Assembly: GCA_002269645.1 (NCBI GenBank)
Contig: NIVC01000048.1
Coordinates: forward strand, 269,491 to 333,490
Reading direction: 5' to 3'
DNA from: Macrostomum lignano
Taxonomy: Eukaryota
Length of the DNA: 64,000 bases
Shown: positions 13,471 through 25,743 of the stretch, piece after piece
Numbering within the stretch: position 1 is the first letter of the stretch
Layout: each line of letters begins with the position of its first letter
The notes under the pieces: generated by a model
What the model was told of the DNA's origin: nothing
Databases searched by the model: none
Seen by the model: the letters and a program-made list of their open reading frames with translations, nothing else
Program-made: the position numbers and the translations under genes

Positions 13471-14084
13471 AGGGGTTGCCGTAAACAAAAGTTTCTTTAA
13501 TTTTTCCCTCAATTTAATTCCTTTAATTTTTGCAAAATTTGGTTTCATTTGGTTGAGCGGTTTGGCAGTTTATAGCGAAAAAATAAATACATTTAAATCT
13601 GTTTAAGCGAATCAAATGAAATTACTTACAGTGATGTTTTATGTAATTCTTTACTTTTTTATTGAAACGAGCCAGGAAATTTTGTATTTGTTCAAAGCTG
13701 TTATCATAACAGACTGTAATCATGTAGCAGCTTTCAATAGACTCATCGACCGGTCATATTCAGCTTGTGCAACTCAATAAAAATAATATGAGTAGCTAGC
13801 TAGATGTAAATGTATAATAAAAAATTTAGAGGCCATCTTGAAATAATAATTAAGGCTATTCGCTAAAAAGTACGGTCGAATATTATATAACAGGTTTGCT
13901 AATAAAAAGAATAGAAGTAAATGTTGCCAAGAAGATTTCATATACACTATCAGATAAGGATTAAATATTCTAAAGCATACCGTAGCTAAATTTTGGTTCT
14001 TTTGCAAAGCAGAACGCATTTTCCACGTCAGTAATCCACAGATGATGCAGTTTCTGAAATTCACGGTTTTGTTGTATCTCAGAA

Positions 14085-14828
14085 TCAAGCGAAAGGTGAC
14101 AGGCACTCGCACAGAACATTGGAAACTTCATTGTATGCGTCCCAGATATCCGTGAGACCCTTTAAATTGAGATATTTTCCAATTGCATTGTCACCACCAC
14201 CGTAGTCATTAGGCTCGCCAGGGGCCCAGAAGCTGCCAACGCTGGTGTTGCAGCCGACCCAGTACCAGCCGCCCAGAGGCTCCGCACTGCCTGCTGACTG
14301 GCGGCCTCCGAGCCAGATCGATTGTCCAGAGCTGTAGGTTGAGTAGATCGAGTCCACGTGCCTCATCTCCTGGGCGCTGGTCACGTCGGCCATGATGACC
14401 AGACCGCTCTCTGACTCGCACTTCTGTCTGCTCGGCCACCACGTCCCGATACCAGAGTACAGCCTATACTTCACTCCGCACAGGTCCATGCCGTAGCCAG
14501 ACGGACACAGCGCGCCCGCCTCGAGTCCCGGCCGCTGCTTGACGAACACCCGGCCTCTCCTGGAGCAGCCGCAGCTCCTCACCGACTTGCTGCACTTGTC
14601 GAACACGAACAGCTGGCACGGACCGTCAGCCAGGCTGAACGCCTGACAGCGCTGGTTTTGGGCGCACAGAGCGGCGCACCCGACTTTGAGTGCGCTTGAG
14701 TAGGTCTCAACAAACTCGCCGTTGATGCAGAGATATCCGTTGATGAGAACATACAGTTGCTGGTTGTCACTGCCGAGCGTGAGGCCCAGAGCCAAAAACA
14801 TCGTCAGGAGATTGATGCTCATCGTCAA
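14085..14828 (-). CDS. Secreted PAN/apple-like + C-type lectin domain protein (EPN type), single exon, 247 aa
   Basis: Signal peptide MTMSINLLTMFLALGLTLG; PAN-like CAALC..CQAFS..CQLF; CTLD hallmarks CPSGY, CGVKYRLY, W..SRQKCES, IWLGG, WYWVG, WAPGEPN, terminal VLCE. Confidence 0.85.
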   Translation of the reverse strand: MTMSINLLTMFLALGLTLGSDNQQLYVLINGYLCINGEFVETYSSALKVGCAALCAQNQRCQAFSLADGPCQLFVFDKCSKSVRSCGCSRRGRVFVKQRPGLEAGALCPSGYGMDLCGVKYRLYSGIGTWWPSRQKCESESGLVIMADVTSAQEMRHVDSIYSTYSSGQSIWLGGRQSAGSAEPLGGWYWVGCNTSVGSFWAPGEPNDYGGGDNAIGKYLNLKGLTDIWDAYNEVSNVLCECLSPFA

Positions 14829-15926
14829 TGCTTAAGAAACTACGGTGCTAAAATTCACAGAGGCAGCTGCTGTTATGCGAGTTGCAGCTCAAAATTTATG
14901 GCTTTCTTGAGTGCGTTTTTTACCTGGAGCGCTTTTTTAGTTTCTTTTCTGAGTATCTCCCTGCCTTGATTAGCTCTGAACAATGAAATCGTTGTTAGTT
15001 GTTGGCAACAGCTGCTCACAGCTTTAGCGATGCCAGCAGGTTTTTTTCAGCTGCAGGGCATCCATTTAGAAATTATTGACGTATACTGCAGTTGTCAGCT
15101 TTCGCCATTCTTTTCCAACCACCTCAAGTCTCAGAAAGCAGATGTCCGTTCTCTCAGACAATGGCTTAGGACTTAGGAAGCAAAGCATATATATTATTTA
15201 AGCATTTTATTTTCAGTTAAGACACTTCAGACATTTGTCTTTTGCCAATCATTTTGCAAAAGTCTTCTAACTTAACCAACCTGTGGGGGGAAATCGAACA
15301 GGAGATATTTAACTCGGTAGATAACATATTACTCAAGAAAAAAATTGTCTGCATAAAGTATGAAGTGTAAGAGAGTGAGGGAGACGTGGGAGCGCAGCAC
15401 ACAAACAGCAATGCCAACAATGAAGTATTTTCAAGACTGATACAAAGTTGCCATTGCAAGGCAGGAATTAAAAAGGGTAGTTATTCACAACATATCCCTC
15501 GGTACCCAACCCGGTAGACGACCGGTTAACAATAGACTTACACTGTATGCATCGACTCTTCTGCTCCTCCGGAGCGTCGCAACCGGAGACAACAGGAGGG
15601 CCCCTTCCCTGAGATCCTCTGAAACCCATGGACGAACAGCGACCACCAAGTGGAGATCCATAGTTTGGCCGTCCGCGGCCGTTACTATGCGGACATTCTG
15701 AAGGAAGTCCAAGCTGACCGTTGGTCTGAGGGCAGCTGTAACAGGGGTTCCGATGTGAACCAGATCTCCGAAGTCCATCGCGCGCTCCTGCTCCACTTGC
15801 TGCTCTTGGCGCCGCTGCATTCTGTCCGCCAGCGTCAGCATTTGACCTCGTGAGATAAAAAAACTGGACAAATTTATATGTATGATCCTTCGTGACGAAA
15901 GAAACGATACCAAGAAGATGTAGCGG

Positions 15927-16949
15927 ATGCGATTGCGCGTGGGAAACTTCGCAGAGGTGAACTGCGAGTTGATGTTGCTGACGGCTGCCAGCGGAGCCGC
16001 GGACGCGACCGGCTGTCCCAGCAGCTCCCGGCAGTCGCTGCAGCCCCTGCATAGCGAAGCCTGCGTGCCGGATTCGGATCGGCAGCGCCAGATTCGACTG
16101 CCGAACGCGCAGCTCATCAACGGCGTCGCCGACCTGCAGTCTTGCGCCCAGGACTGCGCTCTCCGACCGACCGTCTGCGCGGTCACTCAGTTCCGGTTCG
16201 CTGCCCGTCTGTGTCACGTGACCCCAGAGCTGCCGCAACCCGCCAGCGAGACCGAGGCTGCTGTGACGGCGACTTGAGGTGACTGCGTGGCGTCGCTGCT
16301 GAGACGCAACGCATCCGGAGCCTCGGGCTGGCCATTTGCTGCTCGAATGTCCGCTTTCTTCGACTTCCGCGTCTCCGACCGGAACCTCGGCGGCAGCGTC
16401 GGAGACGGCTTCTCGACGTCGGCACCGGTGCAGTTCGTCGGCGCCGCCGCGCGCAACTTGTCAGGATTTCAAGCTTTTGTCCCTCTTAGCAAAGAGTACT
16501 CAGTTTTCTTTAGCATCGACAGATCGCCAAGAGTTCCTTCCGAAATGATCTATCTGTGGCGGGTGGTGACGTCTGGGGGAGGCAACACGCCGTTCTGCGC
16601 GTTCGCCTACTTCTCGGGCAGGAAAGTGAAATTCGCCAACTTGTTTGCCCGTCTGACTGGGTTCCTCACGGATGCTTCATTGCCTCTGGTGCCTTTGAAG
16701 AAGTTCTACATAGGCCTGAGCTACAGCAGTGCTTCTGGAGCTCACACCGTTGTCCACAATGGCACAGCCTTTTCTGTTTCAACGCAAACCAACTACGAGC
16801 TGAATATTGATGCTGAGTACACTGAGATCTGGCTGGGATCGCCGAGCACTGATGATTCTGTCGCCTTTGAGGGAAGAATTATCTGCTTTGCCTTTGCTCC
16901 CGTGTCAATGACAGTTGAGGACTTTCAAGCCTTGGGTTCAGCTTGCTGA
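15927..16949 (+). CDS. PAN/apple-like + concanavalin A/LamG-like domain protein interrupted by one in-frame TGA at 16275-16277 (possible pseudogene)
   Basis: ORFs 15927-16277 and 16287-16949 are in the same frame (ACT TGA GGT GAC TGC GTG). Cys pattern SCAQDC..C..QF....LC, then a beta-rich domain ending IWLGS..FEGRIICFAF. The domain call is by pattern only and the start codon is uncertain. Confidence 0.5.
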
Positions 16950-17717
16950 GCTGTTCGTCACGAGTTCAACGATTGAACTGACAACACCGCTGTTTAACTA
17001 ACTGTTGAACTAAAATCGAATTCAACCCAACAACCGACTCTACTGCGAAGAAAAGTTTTAAAAACACCCATGCTGTTGTTACTTTTATTTGATTCATTGC
17101 TTGTCTTTTGTTCCACCTATCAAAAAATTGTGTAGCTATCTATTTTAATAATACTGACCTGTCCTGTTGCCGAAAGGCCCTTAATATTTTAATACTACGA
17201 GGGTAAATATACGAAACTTACGAAATCTGGCAGTTATAGCTGTTCGAGCAATTCAATTTTGCGTCTTCTGATAATTAATTAATAATTATGATTATGATTA
17301 GCTGTGATAATTATGACTGGCTCACGCTATCACGCGGCACTAAAGTTAAGCAATGTCTTTAATGCCAGTTTACGAGCTAACGTCGTTAGGAAGCACAAGC
17401 ATGCAAAAGTGCCGTCATTGGCGGCGTCCTGATCACCAGCCGATTGATGAACCCTTGGAACTGTTAGTTTTAAGAAGTCCCAGACAATTTCGATGGGGTC
17501 GAGCAGCAAAAGTGTTCTACGCCTGTCTGCCTGCAGTCACAGTTTGTAGACACTGGACTAGTATTAAAAAAAGCAGTTCTTGCATTGACTTACGATCTCA
17601 TTGGTTATTCTGCTTTACACTGATATCGACTCTCATAATTCGTGTGAGTCGCCTTCTTTTTTCTTGCTTTAGAAATGAATGTTAACCCGGAAATTTGCGA
17701 AAAGTTTACAAAGTTTA

Positions 17718-17942
17718 CTGGCCTCCGAGACAGATCGACTGTTCAGAGCTGTAGGTTGAGTAGATGGAGTCCACGTGGCTCATCTCCTGGGCGCTGGTCA
17801 CGTCGGCCATGATGACCAGACCGCAATCTGACTCACACTTCTGCCTGCTCGGCCACCACGTCCCGATACCAGAGTACAGCCTGTACTTCACTCCGCACAG
17901 GTGCATGCCGTAGCCAGACGGACACAGCGCCTCTCCTGGAGC
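17718..17942 (-). pseudogene. C-type lectin gene fragment with internal deletion
   Basis: Near-identical to the CPSGY..IWLGG part of 14085-14828. It lacks the ~40 bp between cagcgc and ctctcc and is truncated at both ends. Confidence 0.85.
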
Positions 17943-18409
17943 GTATAACATCCGATTCTCAGGTTTTTGCTGCAGCAAAAAATCCCTCCCCCTGTTTCAT
18001 TCCTTCGAGATTAAGGTCATAATTCTTTCTCTGTCTTTCTCAGACTCTGGAAATTCTGTCTTTATTTAAAGTCTTTATTTTATTTATTCTGTCATTATTT
18101 AAACATAATGGTTGTTGGATTTCTTATCTGACAGGGTTAATTTGGTATCCATTTTTGCCTAAGGGCTATTGGATTGCACACATTTGTGAGTCGTTTCTAT
18201 TTTGGGAAAAAAACAAAAGCATTATAAGATAATTTGTATTCATAAAGCTGGATTTGGGAGAAGTAAAGGAGATTTGAGCTCTGCTAAGGTTTGAAAGGCG
18301 ACAACAGATGTGGCTCAAACATGAGCTGCAGCTGCATGTAGACGAAAAATCGATGCAAGTTAGAATTTACAAACGACTTTTACTATTCTGTTTCTTGTCA
18401 ATCCTATCC

Positions 18410-18731
18410 CAATAATAATAATAATACTAATTGATAACACCATCTCTAATGGCCAGATGTGCAATCGAAAGCTCAGCCGCAGCTATGTGCGGAGCATCTG
18501 AAGGCTGCGTACGGCTGTTCAGTCCAAGGACTGGGGGGGGGGGGGTATCGCCACACACAACACCCTCAATTACCTCAGCTAATGCTGGCACCCATTTTAC
18601 AGCTTGGTGAACGGAAGCAATGCAGAGTGAAGTGTCTTGCTCAAGGACACAAATTGTTCCCAAATGAATCGAGAATCGAACCCCCGACCTTCAAGTCGTG
18701 AGTCCGACGCTCTGACCACACTAGACTATAC
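18410..18731 (-). mobile_element. tRNA-derived SINE with MIR/CORE-like central domain and (TTA)n tail
   Basis: The reverse complement starts gtatagtctagtgtggtcagagcgtc..ggttcgattc (A/B boxes), then tgtgtccttgagcaagacacttcac..ctgtaaaatggg. It is homologous to 28848-29166 and interrupts the conserved lectin upstream region. Confidence 0.8.
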
Positions 18732-18869
18732 AATCTCAAGCAAAGTACATTTGCCATGGCTATTAGAGTAAAGTGCGTATGCAGTCACTCATTTGATGAC
18801 AAGTGAAGCCTTCGCCAGAATGATGGCTTTAAACTAAAGAATTTATTTATTTTTTGAATTTCACCTTTT

Positions 18870-19267
18870 CCAGTACCAGTACCTTGCAATCACATTCTCC
18901 GAAGCAGCATTTGGTTGATGAGCATTCCACAGAGTTGGGTCAATGATGGTGTTGCAGCCGACCCAGTACCAGCCGCCCAGAGGCTCCGCACTGCCTGCTG
19001 ACTGGAAGCCTCCGAGCCAGATCGACTGTCCAGAGCTGTAGGTAGACTAGATGGAGTCCACGTGGCTCATCTCTTGCTCGCTGGTCACGTCGGCCATGAT
19101 GACCAGACCGCTCTCTGACTCGCACTTCTGCCTGCTCGGCCACCACGTCCCGATGCCAGAGTACAGCCTGTACTTCACTCCGCACAGGTCCATGCCGTAG
19201 CCAGACGAACACAGCGCGCCCGCCTCGAGTCCCAGCCGCTGCTTGACGAACACCCGGCCTCTCCTGG
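18870..19267 (-). pseudogene. C-type lectin pseudogene (QPN variant), N-terminal half deleted, premature stop
   Basis: Reads RGRVFVKQR..WNAHQPNAASENVIARYWYWKR*. It is joined directly to sequence (gagattctgtcttaaaat..) that lies ~170 bp upstream of the ATG in the 24991 copy. Confidence 0.85.
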
Positions 19268-19659
19268 AAGGAGATTCTGTCTTAAAATTGCCTAAGAAGG
19301 CTGCGATTTTTTTTACTTAACAGACATCTTCAAGCAAAATGTGTTGCTTTGATTTCACATCTGACAACAAGCGTCAATTTGATATCGGCTTTTTACTTAG
19401 GATTACTGGATTGCACACACTCACAAACAACTGAAAGTCTTCACATTCTTGCAAATCTCTGGAAAGTTTGAAATGCGACAGAAGTCGCTCAAACATGAGC
19501 TGCAGCTGTTGGTAGATGATAAATCGACTTATAGTCGCTGGTATTACAGTAAAACTCATGACAACTACATAGATACTTCACTTTAGATTGATGTGACAAG
19601 AAACAGAGTAAAGCGCGTATGCATCTCTAATGCATGCATATTGAGCTGTTGTTGTTAAA

Positions 19660-20231
19660 CGGGGGTGGAGAGCTAAGCTCGCCTCGGATCAGCCCAAGGT
19701 AAGGCTCTACCGCGGGATATGGTCAGGCGATTCCGCCAATGGCATAAAGCCAGCGTCGCCACGATTGGGGCTAGGAATCTGGCCCTAGCATCAAAGCTGC
19801 AAGACCCAAGCCTATGGGGACACCGAGGACCCAACAATGGAACACGGGTACAAGGACTGCCCCCCAGACCATGCCCACTAACGACATAACAGGAGTGTGC
19901 GCACGCAAAAAACGATTGGAGCGAAACATTTTGGAAAGCAGGTCCGAGAGCGCCCAAGGCCCCGAGTCAATGGAAAAGGCTTTCAGATTGGAGCAAGTCT
20001 GGGCAGCCTACTTCACCAAGGGCGAGTCTCCTATCAGGTCGGCCCCATGCCTCATAGCCTCCTGTAGGGCTGCAAGCCACAAGGCTTATGTCACCACCCA
20101 GCTCTAAATTAGCCCAAGCCAAGGGATCGGAGAGGAGCACCACAGAGCAAGAGGAAACCAGACTCAGCCGGTTTTCCCCGATTCGGTACGAACACGATCC
20201 CCCAGGACTCCAATCCACAGTCAGTGATGAT
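19660..20231. mobile_element. Unclassified GC-richer interspersed element ending in the (TAG)n tract; possibly a non-autonomous retroposon
   Basis: Abrupt composition change, no credible ORF, and the 3' end merges into a microsatellite tail. Inference only. Confidence 0.3.
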
Positions 20232-20666
<435 letters not shown>

Positions 20667-20826
20667 GAAGAGAGAAGTCTCTCTATCCGGCCCTCGGGTC
20701 CTTCGAAACTTCACAATAGCAATCCGGCTTAGCAGACTCAAGATTTGTGTCTCTTTTCAGCACTTTCTTTTCTCTTTTCTCGTCTCATCCCTCTTTTCTC
20801 CCCCATCTCTTCTCTTCTCTGGCTGT

Positions 20827-23350
20827 AGAAAAAATACTAAACTAAAGACTAGAGAGTTACTTGGAGTTAAATTGAATCTAAGATAAGCCAGTAAGTGGGC
20901 GCAGGGCCCAAACAAGTATATTTATACCAGACATTAACTTAGGGGGTTTGAATTGCAGATAATAAAGAGAGGGGTGGAGTGCGCGACTAAAAAGAGAGGC
21001 GAGAATGGAGAACCAATCAGAACGCAGCAAGGGAGAGAGAGATAAGAATAACAAGATTGAGCTAGACAGAGAGAGAGAAAACGGAGTAAACAGAGACAAG
21101 TGAAGGTGAACTAAGAAATGACTAGGAAAGTCGCGACACTCCCCCCAAAAAATGGAACATTTTTTGAATTTTCGAGTACCAATAGAATTATGAATTAGAG
21201 TTCAAGAAACAACTTTAAAGCAAATTTAACAATGGTGTACGAGCTACAAATACGACTAAGAATTTCAATACAAAAAACTGTAGAGACTAGAGTGAATGCA
21301 AAATTGACCAAGAAATTTCACGTGTGCGATTTTAATGAATAAATTGTTACAACCAAATGAAAACTGACTACATTTACCCTCCCCCCTAAAAAATTAATTT
21401 AATTTTTTACATTGTGACTACATGGTGAAAGAAAAAATTGAACGACGAATTAACGAGGCGATCTGGCAGGCGATGAGCGAAGAGACGATCCGGCAGGCGA
21501 TGAGCGAAGAGACGATCCGGCAGGCGAGCCCCGAGGCGCCCCGGCCGAGAATTTGAAACCGAGAGAGACCGAGGACACCGCAGGACGCACCCCTGGCAGA
21601 CGATGAGCGAAGAGAGTCGAGACGATCCGGCAGGCGAGCCCAGAGGCGCCCCGGCCGAGAATTTGAAACCGAGAGAGACCGAGGACACCGCAGGACGCAC
21701 CCCCGGCAGACGATGAGTGAAGAGAGTCGAGACGATCCGGCAGGCGAGCCCAGAGGCGCCCCGGCCGAGAATTTGAAACCGAGAGAGACCGAGGACACCG
21801 CAGGACGCACCCCCGGCAGACGATGAGTGAAGAGAGTCGAGACGATCCGGCAGGCGAGCCCAGAGGCGCCCCGGCCGAGAATTTGAACCGAGAGAGACCG
21901 AGGACACCGCAGGACGCACCCCCGGCAGACGATGAGCGACGACTACATGTAGATGAAGGAGCACCGGCAGACAGTCGAGACGAGATGAGATGGGATGAGA
22001 CTGCTCCGGCCGACAGTTGACGAGATGGGAGTGCGCAGTCGACGAACGATGAGACGAGGAGACTGGTGGAGGGCTACGAAGATGGCATGGCCTTTGCCAG
22101 CCTAACTGAATTGACCTATATTGACTAAATTATTTTACATTGGGCGCCATGTAGAAAAATAGACTAAATAACTAGAAGTTGAACTGGATGTTGAATACTG
22201 TTGAAAATTGAATACTAAGATAAGCATTTCGTATTCATTTCGTAGTCGCAGTAAATTGCTTTGTTTAATTTACTTAAAAATAGTATTTGAACTATAATTC
22301 ATAATTTCTGTTGGTACTCGAATCGAAAGTTCAAAAAATGTTTCATTTCGCGACTTTCCTCGGGGCTCGCCTGCCGGATCGTCTCTTCGCTCATCGCCTG
22401 CCGGGGGTGCGTCCTGCGGTGTCCTCGGTCTCTCTCGGTTTCAAATTCTCGGCCGGGGCGCCTCTGGGCTCGCCTGCCGGATCGTCTCGACTCTCTTCAC
22501 TCATCGTCTGCCGGGGGTGCGTCCTGCGGTGTCCTCGGTCTCTCTCGGTTTCAAATTCTCGGCCGGGGCGCCTCTGGGCTCGCCTGCCGGATCGTCTCGA
22601 CTCTCTTCACTCATCGTCTGCCGGGGGTGCGTCCTGCGGTGTCCTCGGTCTCTCTCGGTTCAAATTCTCGGCCGGGGCGCCTCGGGGCTCGCCTGCCGGT
22701 TCGTCTCTTCGCTCATCGCCTGCCAGATCGCCTCGTTAATTCGTCGTTCATTTTTTTCTTTCACCATGTAGTCACAATGTAAAAAATTAAATTAATTTTT
22801 TAGGGGGGAGGGTAGATGTAGTCAGTTTTCATTTGGTTGTAACAATTTATTCATTAAAATCGCACACGTGAAATTTCTTGGTCAAATTTGCATTCACTCT
22901 AGTCTCTACAGTTTTTTGTATTGAAATTCTTAGTCGTATTTGTGCACCATTGTTAAATTTGCTTTTAAAGTTGTTTCTTGAACTCTAATTCATAATTCTA
23001 TTGGTACTCGAAAATTCAAAAAATGTTCCATTTTTTGGGGGGAGTGTCGCGACTTTCCTAGTCATTTCTTAGTTCACCTTCACTTGTCTCTGTTTACTCT
23101 GTTTTCTCTCTCTCTCTCTCTGTCTAGCTCAATCTTGTTATTCTTATCTCTCTCCCCCTTGTTGCGTTCTGATTGGCTCTCCGTTCTCTCCTCTTTCCTC
23201 AGTCGCGCACTCCACCCCCTCTCTTTATTATTCTGGGCTCAACCCCCCAAAGTTAAATTTTCTATAAATATATCGGTTTGGGCCCTGCGCCCACTTACTG
23301 CTCATTCTGCTCCTTCAATTTAACTCCAATTAAATAGTCTGTAGTTTTCT
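20827..23350. mobile_element. ~2.5-kb foldback/palindromic element: long inverted arms carrying 110-bp internal tandem repeats, flanked by an exact 80-bp direct repeat
   Basis: 21080-21560 is the near-perfect reverse complement of 22680-23090, while the outer arms are more diverged. The 110-bp period is seen at 21619/21729/21839. Direct repeats are 20744-20823 = 23362-23441. Confidence 0.75.
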
Positions 23351-23535
23351 CTTAGTGTCTCTTTGTGTCTCTTTTCAGCACTTTCTTTTCTCTTTTCTCG
23401 TCTCATCCCTCTTTTCTCCCCCATCTCTTCTCTTCTCTGGCATTTCCTATATTCCCTCTCATCTCTCATCCCTCCCCTCTACCCTCTCCTTTCTCCATTT
23501 TCTCCCCTCCTCTCTTTTTCTCTCCCCTCTCCTCT

Positions 23536-23539
<4 letters not shown>

Positions 23540-23612
<73 letters not shown>
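23540..23612. repeat. (TC)n microsatellite within a CT-rich tract
   Basis: Directly visible. Confidence 0.95.
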
Positions 23613-23617
<5 letters not shown>

Positions 23618-24311
23618 CTCTCCCCTTTTCTATTGCCTCTCCTCTCGCCCTCTCCTCTCCTCTTATCTGCCATATTTTCTGTCATCCCATCTCTCACCTC
23701 TTCTCCCTTCCCTCATCTCTCATCTTCTATCTGATATTCCTATTTTTCCACTCTCATAATGGCCCGCAGCCGTTAGCTGGATTCTTTATCCAGCTCTTGA
23801 AGTTAGGAGTTTTCCAACCCCTGTCGTAAGGGATTTTTGGGTCTCTAAGTCCTCATGTTTCGCAGGCCAGTTCATGGTTCGCTACTCTAAACTGAGACAG
23901 GGGGCGCTTGGAGTTCTGCATTAAAAATACTATGACTCTTCTGTTGAGTAGGAGCGGTTCGATACTAAATTTGAGCGCTCTGACTGATTTTATTTTAGCT
24001 GCACTGCTTATCTCACGATAATCTGCTTCACAGGAAAAAGTAGTATATAAAGCGCATCCGAGAGAACGTTTTTCAACGAATATCAAACATTTTTTCTAAA
24101 AGTCACTTCTCATAATGAGATTGAATACGAGGTTACAATAAAATAGAGGTTTGTAATAGACCCAATAAAATATTCTATAATTTCTGCTTTTACAAAATGA
24201 AATACACACAGGTAAGGCAAAGTTACAGAGTGATAAGACAGTGCCATGCTGTCCAATAAAGTACGTGAGGCTTTCGTCATGTCGAAGTTTCAGCGACTTT
24301 AAAGTCTAGCG

Positions 24312-24707
24312 CAGGGGTCGGCAAACTTCGGTCCGCGTGCCACATGCGGCCCGCAAAGCCTCTCTATCCGGTCCTCGGGTGCTTTGAAACTCCACAACAG
24401 CAATCCGGCCAGATCAAGGTTATATTGTCTCTTCTCAGCTCTCTTTCTCTTCTATCTTCTCGCACCTCTCTTTTCTCACCACCTCTCCTCTCATCTCCTC
24501 TCCCTTCCCTTCTCTATCCTTTCCTTCTCTTCTCTACTCTCATCTCTCCTCTCCTATTTGATCTCTACTCTCCTCTCGTCTCCTCTCTTCTCCTTTATTC
24601 TTTCGACTTTGCTTTCCACTATTTTTCTCCTCTCTCCCCTACTCTGTCCCGCAGCCATGCGCTAGGTTCTCTAGGTTCTCTTGAGGTAAAAAATTTGCCG
24701 ACCTCTG
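24312..24707. mobile_element. hAT (Charlie-like) MITE
   Basis: TIRs CAGGGGTCGGCAAAC / TTTGCCGACCTCTG. Flanks GTCTAGCG and GTCTAGAT (6/8 TSD match, fitting the nTCTAGAn Charlie target). A related copy begins near 20678 and ends in gttttccaacccctg at 23823. Confidence 0.75.
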
Positions 24708-24990
24708 GTCTAGATCAAGAAACTCCACACTTATTTTCGAATCCAAAGGCTCTGAAGAAAACGCATAGAATAAAGATGCTTAGCAGACTATTTGTCACAT
24801 TCGTGTTCGAGAACAAACGAAAAATTTACCTGCAGACAATAAAAAACTGGAGATGCCGGTTAAAAACGAATAAAACATTGAAGTCTTTTGGCAAAGTCCA
24901 CTGCATGTTTCTTTCTCAAGTAAACCTCATTGCTGTTGTTAAAAGCTTATAACATCCAGAAGCCTCTTCGGACTGACTCAGGAGATGATG

Positions 24991-25743
24991 TCAGTCAAAC
25001 GGAGACACGCATTCGCACAGCACTCGATCCGTGGCATACGTTTCAAAAAGGTCTGAGAGTCCATTCGCATAGCTATACCTTGCGATAACGTTCTCATTAC
25101 CGATTAGGTCTGGCTGTCCAGTGGCCCAGAAGTTTCCAACGCTGATATTGCAGCCGACCCAGTACCAGCCGCCCAGAGGCTCCGCAATGCCTGCTGGCTG
25201 GAGGCCTCCGAGCCAGATCGATTGTCCAGAGCTGTAGGTTGAGTAGATCGAGTCCACGTGCCTTATCTCCTCAGCGCTGGTCACGTCGGCCATGATGACC
25301 AGACCGCTCTCCGACTCGCACTTCTGCCTGCTCGGCCACCACGTCCCGATGCCAGAGTACAGCCTGTACTTCACTCCGCACAGGTCCATGCCGTAGCCAG
25401 ACGGACACAGCGCGCCCGCCTCGAGTCCCGGCCGCTGCTTGACGAACACCCGGCCTCTCCTGGAGCAGCCGCAGCTCCTCACCGACTTGCTGCACTTGTC
25501 GAACACGAACAGCTGGCACGGACCGTCAGCCAGGCTGAACGCCTGACAGCGCAGCTTCCGGGAGCACAGAGCGGCGCAGGCCAGCTTTCTGACCACGGCT
25601 GGGTGGGACTCGACGAACTCGGCATTGATGCAGAGGCTGCCGTCAATGAGGCTGTACTGCTGCTCGTTGGCATTGGTGAGTTCGAGTTCGTGACTCATCA
25701 CAACCATGAGAACGATAGTGAAGACAATTTTCAGCTGGCTCAT
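24991..25743 (-). CDS. Secreted PAN/apple-like + C-type lectin domain protein (QPD type), single exon, 250 aa
   Basis: Signal peptide MSQLKIVFTIVLMVVMSH; same architecture as 14085-14828; WATGQPD motif. Confidence 0.85.
   Translation of the reverse strand: MSQLKIVFTIVLMVVMSHELELTNANEQQYSLIDGSLCINAEFVESHPAVVRKLACAALCSRKLRCQAFSLADGPCQLFVFDKCSKSVRSCGCSRRGRVFVKQRPGLEAGALCPSGYGMDLCGVKYRLYSGIGTWWPSRQKCESESGLVIMADVTSAEEIRHVDSIYSTYSSGQSIWLGGLQPAGIAEPLGGWYWVGCNISVGNFWATGQPDLIGNENVIARYSYANGLSDLFETYATDRVLCECVSPFD

Noticed and set aside
8840-13606. Long ORFs (QTDR-, SVCL-, LCTLSPDPP-, EGGGASY-, GWCRMAG-type)
   Set aside because: Translations of micro- and minisatellites.
16275-16277. Selenocysteine interpretation of the in-frame TGA
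   Set aside because: The codon lies in a Ser/Thr/Ala linker rather than a redox motif, and I could not identify a SECIS element downstream.
19660-19760. HDV-like or twister ribozyme
   Set aside because: Some pairings can be drawn, but the conserved L3/P1.1/J4-2 or twister core nucleotides could not be placed.
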